Source: an uncultured delta proteobacterium (GTDB lineage: Bacteria > Myxococcota_A > Polyangia > Polyangiales > JAFGIB01). Taken from it: a stretch of 64,000 nucleotides of DNA. Every line of letters starts with the position of its first letter. The stretch's first letter is position 1. The stretch spans positions 1,184,001 to 1,248,000 of the forward strand of contig CAVZVA010000010.1 in assembly GCA_963778655.1 (NCBI GenBank). The letters are read 5' to 3'. Shown here one piece after another: positions 41,777 to 52,133 of this stretch. The position numbers and the translations under genes are program-made. The notes beneath the pieces are model-generated. The model was not told where the DNA came from, ran no database searches, and saw nothing but the letters and a program-made list of their open reading frames with translations.

Positions 41777-44700
41777 TCACTCCGCGGGCGCCGAGCTCTC
41801 GCGCGTGCGCGCGCCCAGCCCGCGCAGCGGCGCCCGCAGCGCTCGGCCTGCGCGGCGCGCGAGCCCGAGCTGCGCCAGATCGTCGAACCAGCTGTAGACC
41901 ACCGGCGTCGCGAGCAGCGTCAGCAGTAGCGACAGCGACTGGCCGCCGATCACCACCGAGCCCATCGCACGGTTGGTGCCGGCGCCGGCGCCGGAGGACA
42001 GCACCATCGGCACCATGCCCGCCACGAACGCCACCGTGGTCATCAGAATCGGCCGCAGCCGGTCGCGGTTGGCGATCATCACTGCGTCGCCGCGCGAGAG
42101 CCCGCGCCTGCGCAGCGCGCGCATGTGATCGACCTGCAAGATGGAGTTCTTCTTGACCACGCCGAACAGGACCAGCACCCCGAGCGTCGAGAAGATGTTG
42201 AGCGACTGGCCGAGCATCAGCAGCGACAGCAGCGCGAAGGGCACCGTCAGCGGCAGCGCGATCAGGATGGTTACCGGATGGATCCAGCTCTCGAACTGCG
42301 CGGCCAGCACCAGGTACATGAAGATCAGCGAGAGCGCGAACGCGAGCGCGAAGCTCTGGCCCGCGCGGCCCAGCTCCTTGGAGCGGCCGGCGAGGCCCAC
42401 CTTGTAGGCCGGCTCCATGTGCAGCGCCTTGCGCGCCTTGTCGATCTGCTGGATGATCGCGGCCTCGGACGCGCCGGGCACGACGTTGGCGTAAATCGTC
42501 ACTTGGCGCTGGCGCGCGAGCCGCAAGATGCTGGCGGGTCCGGTGGAGTCCTCCAGCTTGACCACGTCGCCCAGCGGCACGCTGCGGCCGCCCCTGGCGG
42601 GCACGGTGATACGGCCGATCTTCTCGGCCGTGCTGCGGTAGCCCTCGACCGCGCGCACGCGCACCTCGTACTGCTCGCCGCCCTCGTCGTAGGTCGAGAC
42701 CTGCAGCCCGCCGACCAGCGCGCGCAGCGTGGCGGCCACGTCGACCACGCGCACCCCGAGGTCGGCGGCGCGCGCGCGGTCCACGCGCACAAGGTACTCG
42801 GGCTTGCCCAGCACCAGCGTGGTGTTGGCATCGACCACGCCCGGGATCTTCTCCACCGCGGCCAGCAGGCGCTGCGAGTACTCGGCGAGCTTGTCGATCT
42901 CGGGCCCGCTAAGCCGGTATTGGATGGTGGCGGCGTCGGCATTGCTGCCGCCGAAGGCGTTGACCGGCGAGACCTGTACGTGCAGCTTGCGCTGCTTGAC
43001 GTAGGCCGGCAGCACTTGCTTGCGGATGCGCCCCATCACCACCTGCTGGTCGTCCTTGCGCTGGTCGGGCGGGGTGAGCGCGACGAAGATCGAGGCTTCG
43101 TTGGGGCCGCGGCCATTGATGTCGCCCGGTGCGCTGCCCACCGTGACCACGGTGTGTCGCACCTCGGGCATGTCCCGGATGTCGCGCGCGATGCGCTCCG
43201 CGACCAGCCCGGTCTCGGCCAGCGAGGTGCCTTCGGGCGCGCGCACGAACACGTCGAAGCGCGACTCGTCGTCGAAGGGCAGGAAGTTCTTGGCCACCGC
43301 GCGCGCCAGCGGCACGATCGACAACAGCGCCGCGCCGATCAGCACGCCCGCGATCCAGCGCCGCTCCATCAGCAGCGCCAGCAGCCGGACGTAGCCGCGC
43401 TCGAGCGCCGCGTTGAAGCGCCCGCCTGCGCCCTCGGCGGCCTGGGCGAAGTGGCGCGCTTGTCCGCTGCGCCATTCCCGATAGCGCGCCTTCTCCTCGC
43501 TGCGCGGCTCGGGCGGTGGGTCCCAGGCCACCACCTCGTCGTCCTTGGCCAGCGGCGGCGGAGGCACGCTATTGGGGTCGGGCGCGTGCGCCGGCGCGGC
43601 CTTGAGCCAGCGCGCGGCCAGCATCGGGGTAAGGGTGAACGAGACCAGCAGCGAGACCATGATCGAGAACGCCATGGTCAGGCCGAACGACTCCATGAAG
43701 CGTCCGACGATGCCGCCCATGAACGCCACCGGCAGAAACACCGCCACCAGCGACAGCGTGGTCGCCAGCACCGCCAGCCCGATCTCCCGGGTCGCCAGCA
43801 CCGCCGCCTTGCGCGGCGCCATCCCGCGCTCCTCGATGAAGCGGTAGATGTTCTCCAGCACCACGATCGCGTCGTCGATCACGATCCCGACCGCCAGCGT
43901 CAGCGCCAGCAGCGTCAGCGTGTTGAGCGTGAGCTTCATCGCGTAGACGAAGGAGAAGGTGGAGATGATCGAGGCGGGTATGGCCAGCCCGCTGATCACG
44001 GTGGAGCGCGCGTTCCACAGGAACAAGAACACCACCAGCGCCGCCAGCAATGCGCCCAGCACCAGGTGCTCCTTGACCGCGGCGATCGCGTTGCGACTGA
44101 ACTCACTCTCGTCGCGCACGATCCGCAGCCGATAACTCGGCGGCAGCTCGGGCTCGATCTCGGCGACCCGTTCGCGCAGCGCGTCCACCACCTTGACCGT
44201 GTTGGTGCCGGTCTGCTTGCGTACGGCGATGACCACCACCGGCTTGCCGTCGTAGCGCGCGACCGAGCCGGCGTCGGCCTGCGAGTCGCTGACCTGCGCC
44301 ACGTCGCTCAGGTGCAGGATGCGGTCGCCGCGCTCGGCGACCGCGAGGTCTGCCAGCTCGGCGATGCTCTGCGCCCGACCCTGCACCCGCAGCTCGCGCG
44401 TGCGCGGGCCCTGCTCGACCGCGCCGCCCGGAACCTCGACGTTCTCGTTCGCGATCGCGTGCTGCACGTCGAGCACGGTCAGGCCCACGCTCTGCAGGCG
44501 CATCGGGTCGACGGTGACGTGGATCTCGCGCTTGCGTCCGCCCAGAATGGTCACTCCGCCCACGCCGCCCAGCGACTCCAGCCTGCGCCGGACGTGCTTG
44601 TCGGCGTACTCGGTCAGCTCGCGCACGCTGCCCTTGCCCGACAGCGCCAGCAGCATGATCGGCGCGGCGTCGGGGTCGAAGCGCTCCACCCGTGGTTGGT

Positions 44701-45073
44701 CCACGTCCTTGGGCAGCAGCGGCAGCGTACGGTTGACGCGGTCGCGCACCTCCTGCGCGGCGACATCGGTGTTCTTCTCGAGCGCGAACTGAACCACCAC
44801 CAGCGACAGCCCGTCGAGCGAGACCGAGCGCAGCTCCTCGATGCCCTCGATGCTGTTGATCGACTCCTCGAGCTTGTCGCTGACCTCGCTCTCCATCTGC
44901 TCGGGGCTGGCGCCGGGCAGCGAGGTCGCGACCATCACCATCGGAAACTCGATGTTGGGATAGCGATCGACGCCGAGCCGCAGCGCGCTGAAGGCGCCCA
45001 CCACCACCAGCGAGAGCACGATCACCCAGGTGAAGACCGGGCGGCGCACACAGATTGCGGCTAGCCACTGCAT
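41777..45073 (-). CDS. RND efflux transporter permease (AcrB family)
   Basis: [40 protein letters not shown]. Confidence 0.95.
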   Translation of the reverse strand: MQWLAAICVRRPVFTWVIVLSLVVVGAFSALRLGVDRYPNIEFPMVMVATSLPGASPEQMESEVSDKLEESINSIEGIEELRSVSLDGLSLVVVQFALEKNTDVAAQEVRDRVNRTLPLLPKDVDQPRVERFDPDAAPIMLLALSGKGSVRELTEYADKHVRRRLESLGGVGGVTILGGRKREIHVTVDPMRLQSVGLTVLDVQHAIANENVEVPGGAVEQGPRTRELRVQGRAQSIAELADLAVAERGDRILHLSDVAQVSDSQADAGSVARYDGKPVVVIAVRKQTGTNTVKVVDALRERVAEIEPELPPSYRLRIVRDESEFSRNAIAAVKEHLVLGALLAALVVFLFLWNARSTVISGLAIPASIISTFSFVYAMKLTLNTLTLLALTLAVGIVIDDAIVVLENIYRFIEERGMAPRKAAVLATREIGLAVLATTLSLVAVFLPVAFMGGIVGRFMESFGLTMAFSIMVSLLVSFTLTPMLAARWLKAAPAHAPDPNSVPPPPLAKDDEVVAWDPPPEPRSEEKARYREWRSGQARHFAQAAEGAGGRFNAALERGYVRLLALLMERRWIAGVLIGAALLSIVPLARAVAKNFLPFDDESRFDVFVRAPEGTSLAETGLVAERIARDIRDMPEVRHTVVTVGSAPGDINGRGPNEASIFVALTPPDQRKDDQQVVMGRIRKQVLPAYVKQRKLHVQVSPVNAFGGSNADAATIQYRLSGPEIDKLAEYSQRLLAAVEKIPGVVDANTTLVLGKPEYLVRVDRARAADLGVRVVDVAATLRALVGGLQVSTYDEGGEQYEVRVRAVEGYRSTAEKIGRITVPARGGRSVPLGDVVKLEDSTGPASILRLARQRQVTIYANVVPGASEAAIIQQIDKARKALHMEPAYKVGLAGRSKELGRAGQSFALAFALSLIFMYLVLAAQFESWIHPVTILIALPLTVPFALLSLLMLGQSLNIFSTLGVLVLFGVVKKNSILQVDHMRALRRRGLSRGDAVMIANRDRLRPILMTTVAFVAGMVPMVLSSGAGAGTNRAMGSVVIGGQSLSLLLTLLATPVVYSWFDDLAQLGLARRAGRALRAPLRGLGARTRESSAPAE

Positions 45074-45087
45074 CGAATCGTCCGGTG

Positions 45088-46314
45088 CTAATCGCTGACT
45101 TCCTGGCCGTCCGAGAGCCGATCGAGCGCGGAAGTGGCGACGCGCTCGGCGGGCTGCAGGCCCTGGTCGACCAGCACCGAGTCGCCCTCGTCGCCGACCA
45201 CCGCCAGCACGCGCTCCTCGACGCGGTGGCCGACCACCACGAAGGCGCGCCGCGTGCCGCCCAGCTCGAGCACCGCCGCGCGCGGCACCGAAACCAGCTC
45301 GCGCTGGCCGCCTATCAGGATGCGCGCCTGCACGAACAGCCCGGGGCGCAGCGTGCCCTCCGCGTTGGGCACCACCGCCTCCACGGTCAGCGCGCGGCTC
45401 TGCTTGGCGACCGACACCCCCACGTAGCGTAGCGTGCCGTCGAACACTCGCCCCGGATAGGCATCGACGCGCACCTGCACCCGTTGGCCTTCGTGGACGC
45501 GCGCGATCTCGGCTTGCGGGATCTCGAGCTCCAGGCGCAGCGGGTCGGTTCGCACCAGCGTGGCCACCGCTTGCTGGGCGTTGACGTACTCGCCCACGCT
45601 GACGTGACGCTGCGCGACCTCGCCAGCGAACGGTGAGCGCACGGTCGAGTCGGCGACGTTGCGCCGGGCTTGCTCCAGCGTGAGCTCGGCGTTCTTGAGC
45701 GCGAGCCAGGAGCCGCGCACGCCGTTGAGCGTGGCCTCGTACTGCTCGCGCGCCGCGGCCGCACGCTGGCGCGCCGACTCCAGATCGGCCGCGCTCACCG
45801 CCCCGCTCTGCGACAGCGCCTCGGCGCGGGTGGCGGCGTCCTCGGCCAGCTTGCGGTTGGCGTCAGCCGCGCGCACGTCCGCGGCCTGGCTCGGGTCGAA
45901 GCCGGCCTCGTCGCCCGGCGCGATACCCAGCCGCGCGCGCGCCTGCTGCAGCGCGGCGCGCGCGGATTCCGCGCTGGTGCGGTAGTCGACGCTGCGCAGC
46001 TGCACCAGCGGGTCGCCTTCCTTCACCTTGCTGCCGCGCTCGACGAACACCCGCGCCACGCGTCCGGCCACCAGCGGGGTCACGCGCGATTCCTCGTCCG
46101 CCAGCAGGCTGGCGCTCAGCTCGAGCGTGTCGGGCAGCTCGCGGCGCTCGACGACCACCGTCTTGACCGCGATCGGGGTCGCTGCCTTGCCCGCGCCCTG
46201 CGCGGCCGGCGCCGCCTGCCCGCGCCCACAGCCCAGCGCCAGCCCGGTCACAGCGGCGGCCGCCAGGCCCCGCCACGCCTCACTGCGGCGCACACCTTCG
46301 AGCTGCCAGGCCAT
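45088..46314 (-). CDS. RND efflux membrane fusion protein
   Basis: Lipobox LGC, GRV..V.V..G..VK.GD lipoyl-like motif, RSPF.G, LRPGLF, VPR.AV. Confidence 0.92.
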   Translation of the reverse strand: MAWQLEGVRRSEAWRGLAAAAVTGLALGCGRGQAAPAAQGAGKAATPIAVKTVVVERRELPDTLELSASLLADEESRVTPLVAGRVARVFVERGSKVKEGDPLVQLRSVDYRTSAESARAALQQARARLGIAPGDEAGFDPSQAADVRAADANRKLAEDAATRAEALSQSGAVSAADLESARQRAAAAREQYEATLNGVRGSWLALKNAELTLEQARRNVADSTVRSPFAGEVAQRHVSVGEYVNAQQAVATLVRTDPLRLELEIPQAEIARVHEGQRVQVRVDAYPGRVFDGTLRYVGVSVAKQSRALTVEAVVPNAEGTLRPGLFVQARILIGGQRELVSVPRAAVLELGGTRRAFVVVGHRVEERVLAVVGDEGDSVLVDQGLQPAERVATSALDRLSDGQEVSD

Positions 46315-46489
46315 CAGACCATCCTTCCGTACGCACCCTGATAGGGTCAGCGCGCGAACACCGTCCAGCGTGCTCGACGTCGCACACCAGCTGCTGCGGT
46401 GCGCGCCGCGCTTACTCCGCGCCGATCGCGCCTGATCCGCGGCTTGGTGTTGCAGACGGCCGGCGCCTTGTCCACCAGCCGCCTTCCGG

Positions 46490-46614
46490 CGCGCCGACTC
46501 CCTGTGCGCGAGGCAAAGCCTCGCGCATTCACCCTCTCGCGGTGGTGCGGCATCCGCCGCACCGCTACATAACCGATCGGCATGGCCGTTCCCGAATCGT
46601 GATCGATCATCTAG
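46490..46614. repeat. 125-bp multi-hairpin dispersed repeat (REP/MITE-like), copy 1
   Basis: Matches 49099-49223 with 6 mismatches; contains TGCGCGAGGC-AAA-GCCTCGCGCA. Confidence 0.9.
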
Positions 46615-46630
46615 CCCCAGACGCCGCGGC

Positions 46631-48031
46631 TCACTCTGGCCCGGCGCTCAGCGCCAGCGGTGGGTGGCTGAGCTGCAGCTGCAGCGCCTCGATCGGCACG
46701 CGGGCGGTGAGGTGTACCCAAAGCAGCAGCACGCCCGCCACGGCAAGCAGGCCTACCGCGAGCGCGAGCCAGACGCCGACCAGACCGAGCCCGGCGTGGA
46801 ATCCCAGCAGGTAGGCCAGCGGCAGCGCGAGCACGTAGTAGCCGAGCAGGTTGGCCAGCGCCGCCACGTACGGGCGGCCCATGCCGCGCAACACGCCGCC
46901 GGCCACCACCTGGGTGCCGTCGGCGAGCTGAAACGCGCCCGCGATCGGCAGGATGTGCGCGGCCAGCGGCAGCAGCGCCGGGTCGTCGGTGTACAGCCGC
47001 GGCAGCTGCTCGCGCAGTAGCACGAACGCGGCGGCCGCGAACACCATCGTGGACGCGCCCAGCACCAGCGCGGCGCGCACCGCGCGGCGCATGGCTGGCT
47101 GGTCGCCCGCGCCGACCAGATTGCCCACACGGGTGGCCGCGCCGAACGAGATCCCCATCGGCAGCATGAACGACAGCGCGGCCATGTTGAGCACGATCTG
47201 ATGGCTGCCGATCGCGGCCACGCCGATCCAGCCCGCCATGAAGGTGGCCAGCGTGAAGGCCCAGGCCTCGAGCGACATCTGTGCGCCGATCGGTAGGCCC
47301 AGTCGCAGTGTCTGCAGCAAGCCGCTCGGCGAGCACGATGCGGCGTCCCAGCGCCGCGGCGCGTGGGCCGCTGCGGGCAGCGCGCGCAGCACCGCCCACA
47401 GCCCGATCAGCAAGCACGCCACGCTAATCGTGCCGGCGATCGCGGCGCCGCTCAGCCCCAGCGCCGGTGCGCCGAGATGGCCGAAGATCAGCGCCCAATC
47501 GAGCACGCCGTTGAGCGCGGCCTCCGCGTACGCGACCACGGTCGCCGGCGCCAGCATGCCCCGGCTCTGCAGGTACTGGCGCAGCGCGGTATACGCGAGA
47601 AAACACGGGATGGTGGGCAGCTTGAGCAGGTTGTAGCGCTGGGCGAGCTCGGCCACCTCGGCGGGCTGGCCCAGTAGGCGTAGGCCCGGGCCGGTGAGCG
47701 CCTGGCACAGGCACAGCGGCACGCTCGCCAGCAGCGCGATCAGCAGGCCGCGCTGCAGCGCGAGCGTCGCGGCCGGCGAGTCGCCGCGCCCGTGGGCCTG
47801 GCTGATCAACGGGTCGATGCCCATCACCGCGCCCACGCCGATCGACATGAAGCTCCACTGCCACATGCTGCCGAGCGCGCTGGCCGCCAGCGAGTCCACG
47901 CCCACGCGTGCCAGCATCAGCGCGTCGAACACGCCCGACAGCATCAGCCCCAGCTGGGCCACGGTGGCAGGCCAGGCCAGGCGCAGCAGGGCGCGATATT
48001 CGGACCCGAGCTGTGAGGGGGTCGAGACCAC
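46631..48031 (-). CDS. MATE family efflux transporter (NorM-like)
   Basis: LLRLAWP, D..MLAR, QAHG, LGLPIG...E, ATRVGN..GAG, FQLADG.Q, LRGMG; start approximate. Confidence 0.92.
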   Translation of the reverse strand: MVSTPSQLGSEYRALLRLAWPATVAQLGLMLSGVFDALMLARVGVDSLAASALGSMWQWSFMSIGVGAVMGIDPLISQAHGRGDSPAATLALQRGLLIALLASVPLCLCQALTGPGLRLLGQPAEVAELAQRYNLLKLPTIPCFLAYTALRQYLQSRGMLAPATVVAYAEAALNGVLDWALIFGHLGAPALGLSGAAIAGTISVACLLIGLWAVLRALPAAAHAPRRWDAASCSPSGLLQTLRLGLPIGAQMSLEAWAFTLATFMAGWIGVAAIGSHQIVLNMAALSFMLPMGISFGAATRVGNLVGAGDQPAMRRAVRAALVLGASTMVFAAAAFVLLREQLPRLYTDDPALLPLAAHILPIAGAFQLADGTQVVAGGVLRGMGRPYVAALANLLGYYVLALPLAYLLGFHAGLGLVGVWLALAVGLLAVAGVLLLWVHLTARVPIEALQLQLSHPPLALSAGPE

Positions 48032-48267
48032 GGCTGCGACCGGGTAGCATGCCAGCCGGCTCACGGCACGGCGCGGGTTCGGCCGCCCCATCTGGGGCAA
48101 ATTGCCACCGGGGAACCGGACCGCGGCGAACGCGAGCCAGGCAGCACACCCGTTGCGGCGTGTCATTTCGCGGTGCGGCGCGCCGCGCCGGGTGGCACGC
48201 GGGCTGCAACGTGTGCGCGCGTCGTCCCCGGCCCCCGAGGGCGCCGGGCTCACCCAGGAGACCTGCT

Positions 48268-48795
48268 ATGACTCAGCTCGGCCTTTCCAAACGCGGCGCC
48301 CGCGGCGGCTGGCGCTCCGTGATGACCTCGGTCGCCGTGCTCGCGGCGGCCGGCTGTGGCGCGGCCGCGGCGCCTGTCGCGCGGCCTCCAGCTACGGCGC
48401 AGGCCGCGCCCGCGCCCATCGCCAGCGCGTCCGCGCCCGCGGCCCCCGCGCCGCCGGGCGACAGTGGCGCGTGCGCGCCCGAGCCCGTTCACTTCGCCTA
48501 TGACTCGAGCACGCTCGACGACCGGGCGCGCACGCAGCTGCAAGGCGACGCGCGCTGCGCCAACGGCGCGCACAGTGCCAAGGTGGAGGTGACGGGCATG
48601 ACCGATCCGCGCGGCACCGACGAGTACAACCTCGCGCTGGGCGACCGCCGTGCGCGCGAGGTCAGTAAGTATCTCGGCTCGCTCGGCGTGGACAAAGCGC
48701 GACTGAGCCCGCGTTCGGTGGGCAAGGAATACGCGACCGGCACCGACGAGGGCGGTTGGGCGCAGGACCGCCGCGCCGAGGTCGCGCTGCAGTAG
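48268..48795 (+). CDS. OmpA-C domain peptidoglycan-associated lipoprotein (Pal-like)
   Basis: AGGAG RBS, lipobox AAGC, VHFAYDSS, G.TDPRGTDEYNLALGDRRA, DRRAE. Confidence 0.88.
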   Translation: MTQLGLSKRGARGGWRSVMTSVAVLAAAGCGAAAAPVARPPATAQAAPAPIASASAPAAPAPPGDSGACAPEPVHFAYDSSTLDDRARTQLQGDARCANGAHSAKVEVTGMTDPRGTDEYNLALGDRRAREVSKYLGSLGVDKARLSPRSVGKEYATGTDEGGWAQDRRAEVALQ

Positions 48796-48838
48796 ACCCG
48801 CGGCCCGTTTCGAGGTCTCGGCCGACAGACCTCATGAA

Positions 48839-48976
48839 ACAGGAAGGCGGGAAGGTTCGACGTCTGCTCGGGGACGGGCCGCCGCAGACAACCAACCCTC
48901 CGGCACCAGCGGGCTCAGGGCCAGCCTCGAGCGCATGATCCACACGTGACGTCTTCCCGTCTTCCCGCTTTTCTGT
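48839..48976. repeat. GGGAAG/CTTCCC inverted-repeat element, copy C
   Basis: ACAGGAAGGCGGGAAG (48839-48854) ... CTTCCCGTCTTCCCGCTTTTCTGT (48953-48976). Confidence 0.7.
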
Positions 48977-49058
48977 AGTCCCGAATGCAAAACCGCCGGA
49001 GCGGCGGGCATCGACAATCGCGGGCCGCGTTCCAAATCAGGGCTCGCGATTCGGGATC
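48977..49058. repeat. About 80-bp MITE-like element with terminal inverted repeats TCCCGAAT/ATTCGGGA
   Basis: IR at 48979-48986 and 49049-49056; shares the TCCCGAAT core with the 125-bp repeat. Confidence 0.5.
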
Positions 49059-49098
49059 GAATCACAAACTCTGATTTCTCCTTTGATTGTCAGGGAGT

Positions 49099-49223
49099 CG
49101 CGCCGACTCCCTGTGCGCGAGGCAAAGCCTCGCGCATCCACCCACTCGCGGTGGTGCGACATCCGCCGCACCGCTACATGACCGATCGGCATGGCCGTTC
49201 CCGAATCGTGATCGGTCATTTAG
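49099..49223. repeat. 125-bp multi-hairpin dispersed repeat, copy 2
   Basis: Direct repeat of 46490-46614; an additional 5' hairpin CAGGGAGTCG-CGC-CGACTCCCTG starts at 49091. Confidence 0.9.
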
Positions 49224-49232
49224 GATCAGGGC

Positions 49233-50627
49233 ATGGCAGGGGAGACTCGGGTAGAGCGCGATTCGATGGGCGAGGTCGAGGTGCCGGCCGATCGCTACTA
49301 CGGCGCGCAAACCGCCCGCTCGCTGCGGTGCTTTCCGATCGGGAGCGAGCGCATTCCGCAGGAGCTGATCCGCGCGCTCGGCCTGATCAAGAAAGCCGCC
49401 GCGCTGGTCAACTCTGAGCTCGGCTTGCTCGACGCCGAGCTCGCCGCGCTGATCTGCCGCGCCGCCGACGAGGTGATCGACGGCAAGCTGCAGGCGCACT
49501 TTCCGCTCGTGGTGTGGCAGACCGGCTCGGGCACGCACACCAACATGAACGTCAACGAGGTGATCGCCAACCGCGCGATCGAGCTCGCCGGCGGCGTGCT
49601 CGGCAGCAAGCAGCCGGTGCATCCCAATGACCACGTCAACATGGGCCAGTCGTCCAACGACGCGTTTCCGACCGCGATGCACATGGCCGCGGTCGAGCAG
49701 ATCGAGGACCAGCTGCTGCCGCGCGTCGCCCGCTTGCGCGACACGCTGCACGACAAGAGCCTGGCCTTTGCCGAGATCGTCAAGCTGGGCCGCACGCACC
49801 TGCAGGACGCGACCCCGCTCACGTTGGGGCAGGAGATCTCCGGTTGGGTCGCGCAGCTCGACAACGCGCGCAAGACGATCGAGGCGAGCCTGCCGCAGGT
49901 GCGCGAGATCGCGCTGGGCGGCACCGCGGTGGGGACCGGGCTGAACACCCATCCGCGCTTCGCGGCGCTGGCCGCAGCGAAGCTGAGCGAGCTGAGCGGA
50001 CATGCCTTCGTGAGCGCGCCCAACAAGTTTGCGGCGCTGGCGGGCCACGACGCGCTGGTGGCCGCAAGCGGTGCGCTCAAGCAGCTCGCGGTCGCGTGCA
50101 TGAAGCTGGCCAACGACGTGCGCTGGCTGGCCTCGGGGCCGCGCGCAGGTATCGGGGAGCTGAGCCTGCCGCAGAACGAGCCCGGCAGCTCGATCATGCC
50201 CGGAAAGGTCAACCCGAGCCAGTGCGAGGCGCTGACCATGGTGTGCTGTCAGGTGCTCGGCAACGACGCCGCGATCGGCTTCGCCGGCAGCCAGGGCAAC
50301 TTCGAGCTCAACGTGTACAAGCCGCTGATCGCGCACGCGCTGCTGCGGTCGATCAGGCTGCTGGGCGACGCCTGCGAGAGCTTCGAGCTACGCTGTGCGC
50401 GCGGCATCGAGCCTCGGCGCGACGTGATCGCCAAGCACCTGCGCGATTCGCTGATGCTGGTCACGGCGCTCAGCCCGAGCCTCGGCTACGACCGCGCCGC
50501 CCAGATCGCCAAGCACGCCTATCAGCACGGCACCACCCTGCGGCAGGCCGCGATCGCGCTCGGCCTGATGACGGGCGAGGCTTTCGACGCGGCGGTGCGT
50601 CCGGAAAAGATGATCGGCCCGAGCTGA
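49233..50627 (+). CDS. fumC: Fumarate hydratase class II
   Basis: [36 protein letters not shown] signature. Confidence 0.97.
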   Translation: MAGETRVERDSMGEVEVPADRYYGAQTARSLRCFPIGSERIPQELIRALGLIKKAAALVNSELGLLDAELAALICRAADEVIDGKLQAHFPLVVWQTGSGTHTNMNVNEVIANRAIELAGGVLGSKQPVHPNDHVNMGQSSNDAFPTAMHMAAVEQIEDQLLPRVARLRDTLHDKSLAFAEIVKLGRTHLQDATPLTLGQEISGWVAQLDNARKTIEASLPQVREIALGGTAVGTGLNTHPRFAALAAAKLSELSGHAFVSAPNKFAALAGHDALVAASGALKQLAVACMKLANDVRWLASGPRAGIGELSLPQNEPGSSIMPGKVNPSQCEALTMVCCQVLGNDAAIGFAGSQGNFELNVYKPLIAHALLRSIRLLGDACESFELRCARGIEPRRDVIAKHLRDSLMLVTALSPSLGYDRAAQIAKHAYQHGTTLRQAAIALGLMTGEAFDAAVRPEKMIGPS

Positions 50628-50634
50628 GGTGTGC

Positions 50635-52095
50635 TCACCTCACCCCGCGCGGCCAAGGCGCACGCGCGTGCGCCTCGGTGCCGGTGGCGCGCAGCACGTA
50701 CGGGCGCAGCGCCGGCAGCGGATCGAGTGCCTGCAGGCCGAGGAACAGCCCGAAGTGCAGGTGCGCCGCCGATGCGTGTACGCCGGTGCGGCCGACCCAG
50801 CCGATCAGCTCGCCGCGGCGCACGTTCTGCCCGGTGCGCACGCGATATCCGCTCAGGTGCGCATACAGCGATTCCAGGCCGCCAGGGTGGCGCACGCGCA
50901 CGAACACCCCGCGGGGGCCCATCGCGCCCGGCGGCTCGGAATGCGCGTGCTCCGGATCCATGGCGATCAGCCCGTGCTCGCGCAGGTCGACCCCCGCGAA
51001 GCTGATCACCCCGGGCGCGACCGCCCGCACCGGCTCGCCCTCGGCCGCGGCCAGGTCGATGCCGGCGTGCTTGCGCTTGCCGCCGTCGCGCGGGTCGCCC
51101 ATCACGCCGATCACCAGGCGCGGGGCGCCGTCGAGCGGGCTCGAGAACGCGGTTCCGCCCAGGTGGCCGCCCGGCGCGCTGGAGTAGGGCGCGTAATAGA
51201 ACAGGAGCCTGCGGCGGGCGGTCAGGATCTGGTCCTCGGGAAACTCGCCGCGCACGTGATCACCCCACACGAAGTGCGAGACCGGGCTGCGGTGCGGCAC
51301 GGACTCGAACGCGGTGTCGATCGCCGGGCACTGCTGCTCGAACACGCGCAACAGCGCGGCCGCGAAGTACACGTTCGGCCCCGGGTGCCGCAGCGCGCGT
51401 GGCGTGAACGCGAAGCGCTCGACCGGCAGCTGCGCGCGGTAGTAGCCGCCGCGCCCGTTGGGGTGCCCGTAGTGCAACACGCCGTGCTCGATCTGCGCCT
51501 GGAACATCACCGGGCTGATGCGCGCGAGCCCGATGCCGTAAGCGTCGTCGCGCGCCGGGTCGCAGCGGCTCTGGTGATAGACCAGCGCGGCGAGCAGGAA
51601 CGGGTCCACGCCGAAGTGCACGCTCGCATCGAGCAGCAGCGCGGAGAGCGCGGCGGCGTCGCTGCCGGCGGGGCACAGCTCGGAGAGGGCCCGCGCGAAG
51701 CCTTCGCCCGATACGGGGGCAGGCGAGGGCGGCTCCGGCGGCCAGGGCTCCGAGGGCAGCGCCCCGCGCCCGCGCGGGCGCAAGCCCAGCCGGCGCGCCT
51801 CCTGCATCGACAGCAGCGGCCCGTGCGCGCCGGCGTCGGTCGCCAGCGCCGAAGCGGGCGCGGGCGGCTCGAGCACCAGGCCGGGACGGTGCCGCGGTGC
51901 CCAGGGCTCGACGCGGTGCAGCCGCCGCGCGTGCGCCAACGCCTGCGCTTGCAGCGCGGCCGGCGCTTGGGGTTGCGCCCACAGCGCCCCGGCGGCGAAC
52001 AGCAGCGCGCCCGCGCACAGCGCGAGCCGCCCCGCCGCGTGCGATCGCGGGCGGCGCTTGGGCGGTCGGTACGGGCTCAGGGTCACCTCGGACAC
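50635..52095 (-). CDS. Secreted M23 metallopeptidase fused to an SLT-like (lytic transglycosylase) domain lacking the catalytic Glu
   Basis: HAGID, YAHL and HLHF M23 motifs; GVDPFLLAALVYHQS, GL..I, NVYFAA SLT-like motifs; start approximate. Confidence 0.85.
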   Translation of the reverse strand: MSEVTLSPYRPPKRRPRSHAAGRLALCAGALLFAAGALWAQPQAPAALQAQALAHARRLHRVEPWAPRHRPGLVLEPPAPASALATDAGAHGPLLSMQEARRLGLRPRGRGALPSEPWPPEPPSPAPVSGEGFARALSELCPAGSDAAALSALLLDASVHFGVDPFLLAALVYHQSRCDPARDDAYGIGLARISPVMFQAQIEHGVLHYGHPNGRGGYYRAQLPVERFAFTPRALRHPGPNVYFAAALLRVFEQQCPAIDTAFESVPHRSPVSHFVWGDHVRGEFPEDQILTARRRLLFYYAPYSSAPGGHLGGTAFSSPLDGAPRLVIGVMGDPRDGGKRKHAGIDLAAAEGEPVRAVAPGVISFAGVDLREHGLIAMDPEHAHSEPPGAMGPRGVFVRVRHPGGLESLYAHLSGYRVRTGQNVRRGELIGWVGRTGVHASAAHLHFGLFLGLQALDPLPALRPYVLRATGTEAHARAPWPRGVR

Positions 52096-52133
52096 CGTGC
52101 GATCACCACGATCGCGGCAAGAGCAAGCGTGCC

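Noticed and set aside
46505..46527. GGCAAAGCC resembling the c-di-GMP-I (GEMM) riboswitch
   Set aside because: It is the loop of a perfect hairpin inside a dispersed repeat; the GEMM P1/P2 architecture and GNRA receptor are absent
46490..49223. CRISPR array or prophage/ICE att sites
   Set aside because: Only two long copies 2.6 kb apart; no spacers, cas genes, integrase or tRNA target
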